Of a DNA stretch of 64,000 nt, positions 30,957-39,726 are shown one piece after another (position 1 is the first letter of the stretch; each line of letters starts with the position of its first letter). Origin of the DNA: Syntrophorhabdaceae bacterium. Lineage in GTDB: Bacteria; Desulfobacterota; Syntrophorhabdia; Syntrophorhabdales; Syntrophorhabdaceae. Below the pieces are notes generated by a model. The model saw nothing but the letters and a program-made list of their open reading frames with translations, did no database searches and was not told the DNA's origin. The translations under genes and the position numbers were made by a program. The DNA is taken from positions 2,944,001 through 3,008,000 of the forward strand of contig OY762209.1 of assembly GCA_963665295.1 (NCBI GenBank), written 5' to 3'.

Positions 30957-31616
30957 ATGTATATTGAAGGGACGACGATAGACGACACATGGAGAAGCAT
31001 GATGGCAGCCTGTGTGCAGCATGGGATTGACTACATGGTGACAAAAGGGAGTTACGAGGGACAGCTCAGGAAGCAGTTCTCGAACGTAATGATCAAGATA
31101 AAGACCCCGTGGGTACGGCCCCTGGCGCCCATACTCCCACCCCACCTTCCGGGCCCCACCACGGACGAGGCGATACAGGAGTACTTCGTGGAATACCTCA
31201 TGGGCGACATAGTGAAACCTAACGAGGACTACACATACGGGAGCTTTATCGTGCCCCAGATAGACGCCGCCATCGGCATTCTGAACGCATCCCGGGGAGG
31301 TACCAACCAGGCATGTATTACGGTAGGAGACAGGCAATCCATCACCTTGGCCGACCCTCCCTGCCTCAAAGTAATTGCCTTCGACGTGATCAAGGGCAGA
31401 CTGGTCATGTCCGTTTTTTTTCGAAGCTGGGACGCGATGGCGGGTTTTCCTCAAAATATCGGGGGGCTCCAACTCCTTAAGGAATTCGTCAGGGAGCAAC
31501 TGACCTTCGACTGCGCGGATGGGGAGATATACTGTTACAGTAGCGGGCTTCATCTCTACGAGCAGTATTGGGACCTGGTGGATCAGCTATGCTACGGGGC
31601 GCGGTGCAAACCCTGA
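30957..31616 (+). CDS. thyA: thymidylate synthase, short archaeal-like ThyA form
   Basis: YTYG, catalytic DPPCL, FRSWD, FPQN and HLY motifs; 219 aa. Confidence 0.75.
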   Translation: MYIEGTTIDDTWRSMMAACVQHGIDYMVTKGSYEGQLRKQFSNVMIKIKTPWVRPLAPILPPHLPGPTTDEAIQEYFVEYLMGDIVKPNEDYTYGSFIVPQIDAAIGILNASRGGTNQACITVGDRQSITLADPPCLKVIAFDVIKGRLVMSVFFRSWDAMAGFPQNIGGLQLLKEFVREQLTFDCADGEIYCYSSGLHLYEQYWDLVDQLCYGARCKP

Positions 31617-31629
31617 TCAGGACGCGGTT

Positions 31630-32520
31630 TCAGACCTGACGGGCTTGGGCTGAGAGCTTCTGATAAGTCTCTTTGACCTTCGCCTGGATAGCTTCCAGGT
31701 TGCAGCCCTGAGTTATGGTTTCAGTCTCATAGGCGTCCGTCGCGGGGTTCACCGAGGTGAAATAGAGTTCGTCCCCCAACGTAGGTATAAGCTCGAAAAA
31801 CACCTTTCGCTGATAGAGAAAGAAGATGCCGTAATAGGTGGAGCCTATGTGGCAATCTTTGCAGTGGTAGGCGGCAAAATTCATGATTTCATTTATGATG
31901 TTCCTGAGCGCAGGTGACGGAACCCTCTTGATATGCTCCCTCACGTGAGGAGAATCAATTCTTGCGCTGATCTCCACTTCAAGAGACTGGGGGCGCTCCA
32001 AAGCGGCTTCTTTTTCCGGGCTCAGAAGGTTGCGGCTGAGATCTATGATCTCGGGGTAGGTGAAGGACGGCTTCGTCCACAGTTCCTGAAACAGGACCTT
32101 TCCCTCTTCCCATGAGAGTTGTTTCTCCATGTCGAGGAAGAGATTCCGCCTCGTCTTCCGGTCATAGAAGTTGTCCACGCCCCGTCTCTCCATGCGGCTG
32201 TCTACATAAAGACTCCAGAGCTGATTGTACCGGGCCGTCACCTCGGGTTCTTTATCTTCCTGGGGTGCTATCTTCGGGTTGTAATGAAAGTCAGGGTCGA
32301 GTACGTCGTATATGTAGAGAAAAAGCCGGAACACCCTTCCGAAAAGAAAAGCGTCATCGTTCCAGACGATGATCTTCACATCAAGATGACCGCCCTTCCT
32401 TTTTATGAGAGCTTTTTCATTCCACGGGGAGTCTGTTTCCTCGACATACACGCTCCGTATGGAGCGTGCTATACCGAGAGATTCTATTGCAGTCTCTGCA
32501 ATGCTTTTTATTCGGGGCAA
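31630..32520 (-). CDS. hypothetical protein
   Basis: 296-aa ORF coupled to the upstream gene; protein-like composition. Confidence 0.7.
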   Translation of the reverse strand: MPRIKSIAETAIESLGIARSIRSVYVEETDSPWNEKALIKRKGGHLDVKIIVWNDDAFLFGRVFRLFLYIYDVLDPDFHYNPKIAPQEDKEPEVTARYNQLWSLYVDSRMERRGVDNFYDRKTRRNLFLDMEKQLSWEEGKVLFQELWTKPSFTYPEIIDLSRNLLSPEKEAALERPQSLEVEISARIDSPHVREHIKRVPSPALRNIINEIMNFAAYHCKDCHIGSTYYGIFFLYQRKVFFELIPTLGDELYFTSVNPATDAYETETITQGCNLEAIQAKVKETYQKLSAQARQV

Positions 32521-32522
32521 CC

Positions 32523-33092
32523 TTAGAATTCGCCTTCCAGGTTATAGAGCCCCAGAAGGAGTCTTTTGGATTTCATCCACAAGGAATCCTGCTTGATGGA
32601 AAAAGGCGCTGTTTCGAGCACTTCCAGGAGGTATTTTCTCGCCTTCTCCGAATCCCCTCGCTTTGCATAGGCATAGCCCAGGTCATAGGCGGATACTTCC
32701 TTGAGATTCGTATACTTGGGCACGAGCTGCGCCATTCTCTTCAGCTTTATGATGATATTTTCTTTTTCGCCCTGGGGCACTGCAGGGTCGTTCGCGACCT
32801 TCTCATACTGACCCTGGAAAAATTTCACCGTCTTCAGGACGTCTTCCGAATAATCGTGGATTCTGAGGAGGGTGGGGATGGCGTTATCAATTTCCCCTTT
32901 TCTAAGTTGTTCCTGTGCCTTTTTGAAGTAGTCGATTACGGTGGCGTCATTTATGGCGCCTTCTTTCTGAACGGATGCCTTCCGGACCTTCTTTTCGGCG
33001 GCAGACGATGTCCCCGCGAAAAAGAAGGCGCATATAAGGACAAGTATAAAGAGGAAAGGGGCTGTCGCTCCTTTCCTCCGGATATGCTTTAT
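32523..33092 (-). CDS. exported TPR-like hypothetical protein
   Basis: Signal peptide (KHIRRK...FLFILVLICAFFFAGTSSA); TPR-like AYDLGYAYAKRGD..KAR; the most plausible start is ATA 33092, overlapping the HU stop. Confidence 0.65.
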   Translation of the reverse strand: MKHIRRKGATAPFLFILVLICAFFFAGTSSAAEKKVRKASVQKEGAINDATVIDYFKKAQEQLRKGEIDNAIPTLLRIHDYSEDVLKTVKFFQGQYEKVANDPAVPQGEKENIIIKLKRMAQLVPKYTNLKEVSAYDLGYAYAKRGDSEKARKYLLEVLETAPFSIKQDSLWMKSKRLLLGLYNLEGEF

Positions 33093-33364
33093 TCGATCTC
33101 TTCCTTCAGTTTGTTCCCTGGTTTGAATTTTGGGACCTTGCATGCGGGTATTTTGATCTCCTTTCCCGTCCTTGGGTTTCTTCCGATTCTTGCTGCTCTC
33201 TCGACAACGGAGAAAGTGCCGAAACCGGTGAGCGTGATCTTCCCTTCCTTTTCCTTGAGGGCTTCTGTAATGTTATCGAGTAATGCGTTCAGTACCTTTT
33301 CTGCCACAGACTTCTTAATTCCTGAACTGGTTGCTACGTTTGCGACAAGCTCGGCCTTAGTCAT
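33089..33364 (-). CDS. hup: DNA-binding protein HU
   Basis: MTKAELV...GFGTF...AR.GRNPRTG..I.IPA..VPKFKPG. Confidence 0.95.
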   Translation of the reverse strand: MTKAELVANVATSSGIKKSVAEKVLNALLDNITEALKEKEGKITLTGFGTFSVVERAARIGRNPRTGKEIKIPACKVPKFKPGNKLKEEIE

Positions 33365-33393
33365 CTCTTGCACCTCCCTTCAAGGTTTAAAAA

Positions 33394-33467
33394 TGGCGGT
33401 GCAGGGAATTGAACCCCGGACACTGCGGATATGAGCCGCATGCTCTAACCATCTGAGCTACACCGCC
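33394..33467 (-). tRNA. tRNA-Met (CAU), elongator-type; CCA not encoded
   Basis: GGCGGTG/CACCGCC acceptor stem, AGCTCAG D arm, TGCGG-CTCATAT-CCGCA anticodon arm, GGTTCAATTCC T arm. Confidence 0.93.
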
Positions 33468-33606
33468 GCTGATTTGATATATGATATAAACGCCTGTATT
33501 GTCAATACCAAAGTTATTGGGGACCTTTTAGGGGGCGCTTTTTTTGTGTTCCGGAGCCGTTATCCGTGATATATAACGATATGATGACATATCTGGAGGG
33601 ACGTGG

Positions 33607-34578
33607 ATGAAAGTGCTCGTGACGGGTGGTTGTGGGTTTATAGGTTCCCATATAGTCGATTGCCTGGTTTCGGAAGGTCATGAGGTGGTGGTGGTAGACG
33701 ACCTCTCTTCCGGGAAGGTCGAGAATATGAACGGGAAGGCAAAACTTTACGTAGTCGATATCCTGAGTGACGGGATCGAGGACGTGTTCCGTAACGAGAA
33801 GCCTGAAGTGGTAGCTCACCATGCAGCCCAGATTTCGGTGCCCCTCTCTGTGAAGGAGCCCCTTTTCGACGCAAGGGTCAACATCGAGGGGACCATAAAC
33901 GTTCTGGACCTGGCGCAGAGTAACGGAGCGAGGAAATTCATTTTTGCCTCGAGCGGGGGCGCGATCTACGGGGAAGCGGACTGCGTCCCCACCAATGAAG
34001 AATACGTGCCGGAGCCGGTTTCTCCTTACGCAATTGCAAAGTTTGCGGCTGAGAAATATATCAGGTTTTTTTTCCGCCGGGACGGACTGAAATACGCGAT
34101 ACTGAGGTACGGCAATGTTTACGGCCCGAGGCAGGTGCCCCATGGAGAGGCGGGCGTGGTCGCCATATTCACCGATATGCTCCTTGCGGGGAAGCACCCC
34201 GTGGTCAACCACTTTCCCGAGGAAAGGCGGGGCATGGTGAGGGATTATTGTTATGTCAAGGATGTCGCTCGGGCGGCCGTACTCGCGGCAGGGTCCGACG
34301 TGACCGGCATATTTAACGTAGGAACGGGAGCGGGCACGTATACCCTCGATCTTTACGGTCATATCGTCGGCCTTCTGAGAGAAAGAGGAGCGACCGTTCC
34401 CGGGGCGTTTGACGAACCCCTGAGGGACGAGGCGCGGCCCGGGGACATAAGGACGAACATCCTCGATGTAAAGAAAGCAAAAGAAGTGCTCGGCTTCACT
34501 GCCGCCTATGATATAAGGGCCGGACTGGCCGGCACCATAGACTGGCGCCTTGCCGGAGGTAAACCTCAGGAGGGATAG
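33607..34578 (+). CDS. NAD-dependent sugar epimerase/dehydratase (UDP-glucose 4-epimerase-like)
   Basis: GGCGFIG, SSGGAIYG, YAIAK and NVYGPRQ motifs. Confidence 0.9.
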   Translation: MKVLVTGGCGFIGSHIVDCLVSEGHEVVVVDDLSSGKVENMNGKAKLYVVDILSDGIEDVFRNEKPEVVAHHAAQISVPLSVKEPLFDARVNIEGTINVLDLAQSNGARKFIFASSGGAIYGEADCVPTNEEYVPEPVSPYAIAKFAAEKYIRFFFRRDGLKYAILRYGNVYGPRQVPHGEAGVVAIFTDMLLAGKHPVVNHFPEERRGMVRDYCYVKDVARAAVLAAGSDVTGIFNVGTGAGTYTLDLYGHIVGLLRERGATVPGAFDEPLRDEARPGDIRTNILDVKKAKEVLGFTAAYDIRAGLAGTIDWRLAGGKPQEG

Positions 34579-34580
34579 GG

Positions 34581-35303
34581 ATGAGACTTAAAGTCCTCGG
34601 CACGGGAACATGCATTCCCTCCCTGAAGAGGGGTTCTTCCGCCTACGTGGTGACCGCAGGAAACCGGACCGTCCTGGTGGACGCGGGCCCGGCTACGGTA
34701 AGAAGGCTCCTTGAATTCGGCTACACCGTGGATGACGTCGATATTGTCATCATCACTCATTTTCATGTGGACCACACAGCCGACCTGTCCACTTTCCTCT
34801 TTGTCTGCAACTATGGCCTTGTCCGGCGTGAAAAGCCGCTCCTCCTTATCGGGGGAAGGGGGATGCGCAGGTTTTACAAGGGCCTTCTCGCCGTATACCC
34901 GTGGCTCAAGCCGAAGTCTTATCGTCTTCTCGTAAAGAGCATGTCCGCAGGGGTCCTGGAAGACGAAGGGCTTGTGATCCGGACGAAGGGGGTGAACCAT
35001 AACCCCGAGAGTATCGGGGTGAGAATCAGCGATGGGGCGAGCATTACCTTCACCGGTGATACCGACTATTCGAGGAGTCTTGTCGCTCTGGCCCACCACA
35101 CGGACCTTTTGGTCTCGGAGTGTGCCTTTCCTGAAAGAAAGGCGAAGGGTCACATGAACCTCGCGGTCGTGGAAAAGGTGGTCCGCGACGCGGAGCCCGG
35201 GAGAGTGCTCCTTACGCACCTCTACCCGGAATGGGATGACTTTCAGGGCTTGCTCCATGCCCCCTACCTTCTGGGCGAGGACGGTCTTGAAATAGACGTG
35301 TAG
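34581..35303 (+). CDS. RNase Z/BN-like metallo-beta-lactamase
   Basis: LGTG, DAG, THFHVDH, TGDT, EC, GH and LTHLY motifs. Confidence 0.85.
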   Translation: MRLKVLGTGTCIPSLKRGSSAYVVTAGNRTVLVDAGPATVRRLLEFGYTVDDVDIVIITHFHVDHTADLSTFLFVCNYGLVRREKPLLLIGGRGMRRFYKGLLAVYPWLKPKSYRLLVKSMSAGVLEDEGLVIRTKGVNHNPESIGVRISDGASITFTGDTDYSRSLVALAHHTDLLVSECAFPERKAKGHMNLAVVEKVVRDAEPGRVLLTHLYPEWDDFQGLLHAPYLLGEDGLEIDV

Positions 35304-37196
35304 TTATATCTTTTTCTTGAGGACGCAAATCCCTTCGGCGGATTCCAACTCGTACCGCTTCGATTTCTTCAGTTCCGGCACCAGTTGCCCTATAGCTTGG
35401 GTTGAAATGATCACGAGCTTTCCCTCCTGTTTGAGGTAGGACATGCCTCTCTTGACGAAGGCTTTTGTCGCTTCGGCGAGAGGTAATTCCTCCTCCCACG
35501 AGTAGTTGAGGGAAGGCTGGACAAAGATGAAGTCGAAGGCGTTGCCCAGAAGGAAGGGGAACTCAATTTCCAGATGGAAGAACCCGTTTCTCTTGGCGAT
35601 GTCCTTCGATTCGGCGAACCATCCCTGGCTTCTTATCGAGGTCCATGCGGCGTCGTTGCCGTCAAGGGCAAAGAGCATCTCCTGGATGCGCTTGTTCTCC
35701 ACGGTCTTGGTGAAATAGGTTGCCGTCATCACATCCAGAAGGTCCCTGATCCGCTCCGTGTAGACCAGGAGTTTGATCTCCGTGGCACTTCTGAGTTCGA
35801 GGTCCTCTTTGATCTTGTCGGAGAGAGAGTAAAAGAGGGTATAAAGTTCCTTGAATTCCTGGATCACGTCTTTGGGGTGCTTGTTGAAGAGGGCCATCTG
35901 ATTGGTGGAATCGATTGCATTGACGATACTCTTGAGAGGCATCCCTATGAGGGGGTTGCCCAACCGGTAGTTTCTTCCGGAGAGGCCGAACCGGCTCTTC
36001 ATGGTGTTCTGTAGAATGTCGAAGGAGATGTGGGACCTCTCTATCCCGTAAAGGATGGTGTCGATAATGCACTTCTTCAGGGCCGATTCCTCTTCCCATT
36101 CAGCTCTGAAGGTATTCTTTTCCCTGTAGGGCAGTACGAAAGACAGGTACGCGAGGGCGTCTACCAACCGGGTGCTGAGGGCGCCGAAACCGGGGGTTAC
36201 GTCGAGTATTCTGAGGGCGAAAATATCCTCTTTCGTGTATCTCCTGCTCTTTTCTCCGAGGATTATTTCCTCGAGGTGAGGATTGACCTGGCTTCCTTTC
36301 TTGCTGAAAAGGTAGGAAAGTATGTCGGTATGGTCGTAACTGTTGATCAGACCCGATCCTTCAGAATCCTTCTCCCGGACCGTAATATTCTTTTCCTTCA
36401 GATAAGACTCGGTGGAGGGAAGGGGCCATGCGGAGAAAAATTGCCGGTATGCCCGTATGATCGTGGGGTAATAGTCGACTTTCTTCTTCTGGTCGCTCAA
36501 CTGTTTATCAAGGGAGACCCGCTTTTCCGTCAAGTCTTTGAGCAGTCTTTTCCGTTCCTCTTCGAGCATGTCGGGCAGGAGCTTTTTCAAACCCGTGCTC
36601 GAAAATATCTGGCAGAAAAGGTGGAGCGCCTGTTCATCGCCTTCGAAGACAGCTCCTTCCACATCGATCTCAATCATTCTTATTTCGAACTGGACAGGTC
36701 TCCGTATGAGGATCCAGTGCTTTCCGTTGGTCAGAATCCCCCAGGGAGTTCTGGACTTCTTCAGGAGGTAGAGGATCTGGTAAATGGGCATTTTGTTCTC
36801 GAATTCGAGATAGAAACCGCTTATGCCCTCATGGAGGTTCCTTCCGTATCTTTTCAGCAACACGATGCCCAGGGTGTTGGTGTAGTATTCCTGGGTGCCC
36901 CAGAGGTGTGAGTTGTTTACCCTTTCCTCTTCGGAGACGAAGAGGGCGACGTCGGGATTCTTGATGTGTTCTTCAAAGAACTTGGGTTTTGACTCGTACG
37001 TATGGCCGAGGCTCTTCAGCACGGGTTTTACGAGGTGGATCTCCGTGTGGATCTCGCTCGCGAATTTCTTAATCTCCTGAAACTTGGTCAACAGATCAAA
37101 GAGGGACGCGCCCAGGTCGGTATTTTCGGGGAGAGAGAGGAGCGCCTCGATACTTTCCAGGGAGAAAAGCGTATTTCTTAGAATATAGGATGACAT
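35304..37196 (-). CDS. degenerate Type IIG (Eco57I-like) restriction-modification homolog
   Basis: WGILTNGKHW, ILDVTPGFG (motif I-like), LYGIE, GNPLIG, FFHLEIEFP and FDFIFVQPS (motif IV-like, no NPPY). Confidence 0.65.
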   Translation of the reverse strand: MSSYILRNTLFSLESIEALLSLPENTDLGASLFDLLTKFQEIKKFASEIHTEIHLVKPVLKSLGHTYESKPKFFEEHIKNPDVALFVSEEERVNNSHLWGTQEYYTNTLGIVLLKRYGRNLHEGISGFYLEFENKMPIYQILYLLKKSRTPWGILTNGKHWILIRRPVQFEIRMIEIDVEGAVFEGDEQALHLFCQIFSSTGLKKLLPDMLEEERKRLLKDLTEKRVSLDKQLSDQKKKVDYYPTIIRAYRQFFSAWPLPSTESYLKEKNITVREKDSEGSGLINSYDHTDILSYLFSKKGSQVNPHLEEIILGEKSRRYTKEDIFALRILDVTPGFGALSTRLVDALAYLSFVLPYREKNTFRAEWEEESALKKCIIDTILYGIERSHISFDILQNTMKSRFGLSGRNYRLGNPLIGMPLKSIVNAIDSTNQMALFNKHPKDVIQEFKELYTLFYSLSDKIKEDLELRSATEIKLLVYTERIRDLLDVMTATYFTKTVENKRIQEMLFALDGNDAAWTSIRSQGWFAESKDIAKRNGFFHLEIEFPFLLGNAFDFIFVQPSLNYSWEEELPLAEATKAFVKRGMSYLKQEGKLVIISTQAIGQLVPELKKSKRYELESAEGICVLKKKI

Positions 37197-37226
37197 TGCT
37201 TTGAAATAATAGACGTTTGAAGGCGT

Positions 37227-37472
37227 TTAGTCAAGGAGGGGCGCATCTTTTTCTTCCTTGTCCACACTCATTCTTTGGGTTCTCTCGATTTCCTTCAGTT
37301 TCATCCTTATTATCGTCACGAGACCGGCGATGCCTATCCAGAAGATCATAAGGGTCTGGAATATAATGAACCGGGCATACGGCGCGGTGGGCCTCACGTC
37401 TATTCTGTCTTCGGCCCAGAGAGCGCCCGCGGCGAGCAACATGGAAAAGGACAAGAGTATTATTCTTTTCAT
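37227..37472 (-). CDS. small exported/membrane protein at the end of the Rieske-cytochrome b operon
   Basis: GGAGG RBS, ATG 37472; signal peptide plus one TM helix; 81 aa; no CxxCH. Confidence 0.7.
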   Translation of the reverse strand: MKRIILLSFSMLLAAGALWAEDRIDVRPTAPYARFIIFQTLMIFWIGIAGLVTIIRMKLKEIERTQRMSVDKEEKDAPLLD

Positions 37473-37480
37473 CCAGCCTC

Positions 37481-38545
37481 CTAGCTTAGAAAACCGATAA
37501 CCGTCATAACCACGAAGTAGGCGGTGTAGGCCAACCCGATCCACGTAAACAAGGGACTTCTCTGTCCGAGGCCTGATTTGCGGTCGAAGAGGGGGATGAG
37601 GAAGAAGAAGAGCATGCCTGACGTGATGAGAAGGATTGCCAGGGTCTCGCCGTTCATCCCCATGATCTCTCCGGGGAATAACTTGAGGGTCTGGAAGAGG
37701 AACAGGAAGTACCATTCGGGCTTGATGTTTTCCGGGGCAGGGGCAAGAGGGTCGGCCCTTTTCCCCAGTTCCGGCGGCAGAAGCGTCGCAAGGGTGACCA
37801 CGATCCCCAGCATGACAAGCCATACCATGAGGTCCTTATAAAAGAGATTCGGGAAAAAGCGGATCTCCCGGCGCGGTTCCTTTTGGAGCGATAGGGGCAC
37901 GCTCATCCCGTGGTACTGCACGAGGAGTACGTGGATGCCTATCAGGGCAAGGGTCACAAAAGGAAGAATTGAGACGTGAAAGGCGTAAAAGCGGGTGAGG
38001 GTCTCGCCCGTCACGTCTATGCCGCCCCTGAGGAAGGCCTTGATGAAACCCCCGACAAGGGGGAGATTCCCCGCGCCGCCCGTGGAGACCCTTACTGCGG
38101 CAAATGCCCGCTCGTCCCAAAGGAGAAGGTAACCACTGAGGCCGAAAAATATGGATATGGCCAGAAGAAGGAAACCTGAGAACCAGAGAAGCTCTCTCGG
38201 TTTCCTGTAGGATTTGAGGAGGAGGGTGCTGAACACATGGATAAAAAGGACCACAATGGCGATCTGAGCGCCCCAGTGATGGAGGGAGCGGAAAAACCAT
38301 CCCATATTCAGTTTCGTGACGATGTCGATTATGCTTTTGTATGCATATTCGAAGTGGGGCACATAGTAGAGCGCAAGGACCATACCTGTGATAAACTGGA
38401 GCACAAAGAGAAAGAGTGCGATCCCGCCCGTGTAATACCATATGTCGTATCTGTGGGAAGGCACGAATTTAGACGAGGCGAGCCGCTGGATCCCGGTTAA
38501 ATCGTACCGTTCCTCAAACCAGGTTCTAAGCCTTTGACGCTTCAA
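37481..38545 (-). CDS. cytochrome b subunit of a Rieske/cytochrome b complex (b6 + subunit IV fused)
   Basis: Four heme His (RSLHHW...IH; FHV...IH), GYLLLWD and PEWY motifs. Confidence 0.92.
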   Translation of the reverse strand: MKRQRLRTWFEERYDLTGIQRLASSKFVPSHRYDIWYYTGGIALFLFVLQFITGMVLALYYVPHFEYAYKSIIDIVTKLNMGWFFRSLHHWGAQIAIVVLFIHVFSTLLLKSYRKPRELLWFSGFLLLAISIFFGLSGYLLLWDERAFAAVRVSTGGAGNLPLVGGFIKAFLRGGIDVTGETLTRFYAFHVSILPFVTLALIGIHVLLVQYHGMSVPLSLQKEPRREIRFFPNLFYKDLMVWLVMLGIVVTLATLLPPELGKRADPLAPAPENIKPEWYFLFLFQTLKLFPGEIMGMNGETLAILLITSGMLFFFLIPLFDRKSGLGQRSPLFTWIGLAYTAYFVVMTVIGFLS

Positions 38546-38996
38546 CGTGTATCCCCTTCCTGGCAACGATCAGTTTTTTCCCTTCTACCTTCATTTCGAA
38601 AAATTCGAGCGGCTTCGGGGGAGGGCCCCCGATATTCCGGCCTGTCTCGTCAAACCACCCTTTGTGACATGGACAATAGAACTTCCTGTCTTCCGGTTTG
38701 TAGGTCACATTGCACTCCATGTGGGTGCAGACCCCTTTTAGGGCGAAGGTTTTGCCTTCCGCGTTCTTAAAGACTAACCCGAGTTTCCCTCCCCATGGGA
38801 AGGGCTTCACCGAATTGTCGGGAATATCGAGGAAGTCAGCGGCATTGAGCACCACAAAATCGGGTTCCTTGCCAAGGGTGGGGAAGGCGAACCTCGCGAG
38901 GGCATAAAGACTTCCCGACGAAAAAGCGACAAGCCACCCCCCGAACAAGGTATTGAGGAAGGTTCTCCGGGTTACGAGGGAATAATCAAGTTTCAT
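38526..38996 (-). CDS. Rieske [2Fe-2S] protein
   Basis: TRRTFL Tat-like anchor; CTHMEC and CPCH boxes; GPPPKPL. Confidence 0.93.
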   Translation of the reverse strand: MKLDYSLVTRRTFLNTLFGGWLVAFSSGSLYALARFAFPTLGKEPDFVVLNAADFLDIPDNSVKPFPWGGKLGLVFKNAEGKTFALKGVCTHMECNVTYKPEDRKFYCPCHKGWFDETGRNIGGPPPKPLEFFEMKVEGKKLIVARKGIHVEASKA

Positions 38997-39726
38997 CCTT
39001 CCTCCTCCCCCGGAACCGGTATTTGAGAAGGCTTTTTCTGAGGCCCACTATGGAGTCCGTGGGTCTCACATCCTTCGGGCACGCGTCGATACACCTGAGC
39101 ATGGTATCACACCCCCATACTCCCTGCTCGCTGTCGATCTCTTCGAGGAGACGTTCCGGCCTTTCGTCTCTGGAATCGAGGATGAACCTTTCGAGTTTGG
39201 CAAGGCTGGCAGGGCCCATATAATCGGGGTTACGCGAAAGCACGGGGCAGGAACCATAACACGACGCGCAGAGGATGCAGTTCACGAACTGGTCTGTGCG
39301 CCTTTTCTCTTCCTCGCTCTGGGGTAGCTCCTTTTCGGGGTCACTCTGTTTCCTTATGAGCCATGGCCTCACTTTCTCGTACATATTCCAGAAAGGCGTC
39401 AGGTCCACCACCAGGTCTTTGATAATCCCGAAATTCGGCAAGGGTTCCAGTATGATCGTGTTCTTGCCGAAGGAGGCTACCTGGGTTCTGCACGCGAGGT
39501 CTATCCTGCCGTTTATCACCATCGCACAGGACCCGCAGACCGCCGACCTGCACGAAGACCTGAACGAAAGGGTTCCGTCGATCTCGTCCCTTATCCTTAT
39601 GAGTACGGCGAGTACCGTGAGACCCGGGATCACTTTTATCCGATAGGCGGCGAACCGGGGTTCCCGGTCCGGTTCCCGTGCATCAAATCTCAGGATCTTG
39701 AAAGTGTAAGTATCTTCCGTGATCAA
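38986..39726 (-). CDS. sdhB: succinate dehydrogenase/fumarate reductase Fe-S subunit
   Basis: SCRSAVCGSC, CILCASCYGSCP and WGC...C...CP cluster motifs. Confidence 0.93.
   Translation of the reverse strand: MITEDTYTFKILRFDAREPDREPRFAAYRIKVIPGLTVLAVLIRIRDEIDGTLSFRSSCRSAVCGSCAMVINGRIDLACRTQVASFGKNTIILEPLPNFGIIKDLVVDLTPFWNMYEKVRPWLIRKQSDPEKELPQSEEEKRRTDQFVNCILCASCYGSCPVLSRNPDYMGPASLAKLERFILDSRDERPERLLEEIDSEQGVWGCDTMLRCIDACPKDVRPTDSIVGLRKSLLKYRFRGRRKDET

Noticed and set aside
33394..33467. tRNA as an integration site for an island
   Set aside because: No integrase and no duplicated tRNA 3' end were seen in the window; hup follows immediately.
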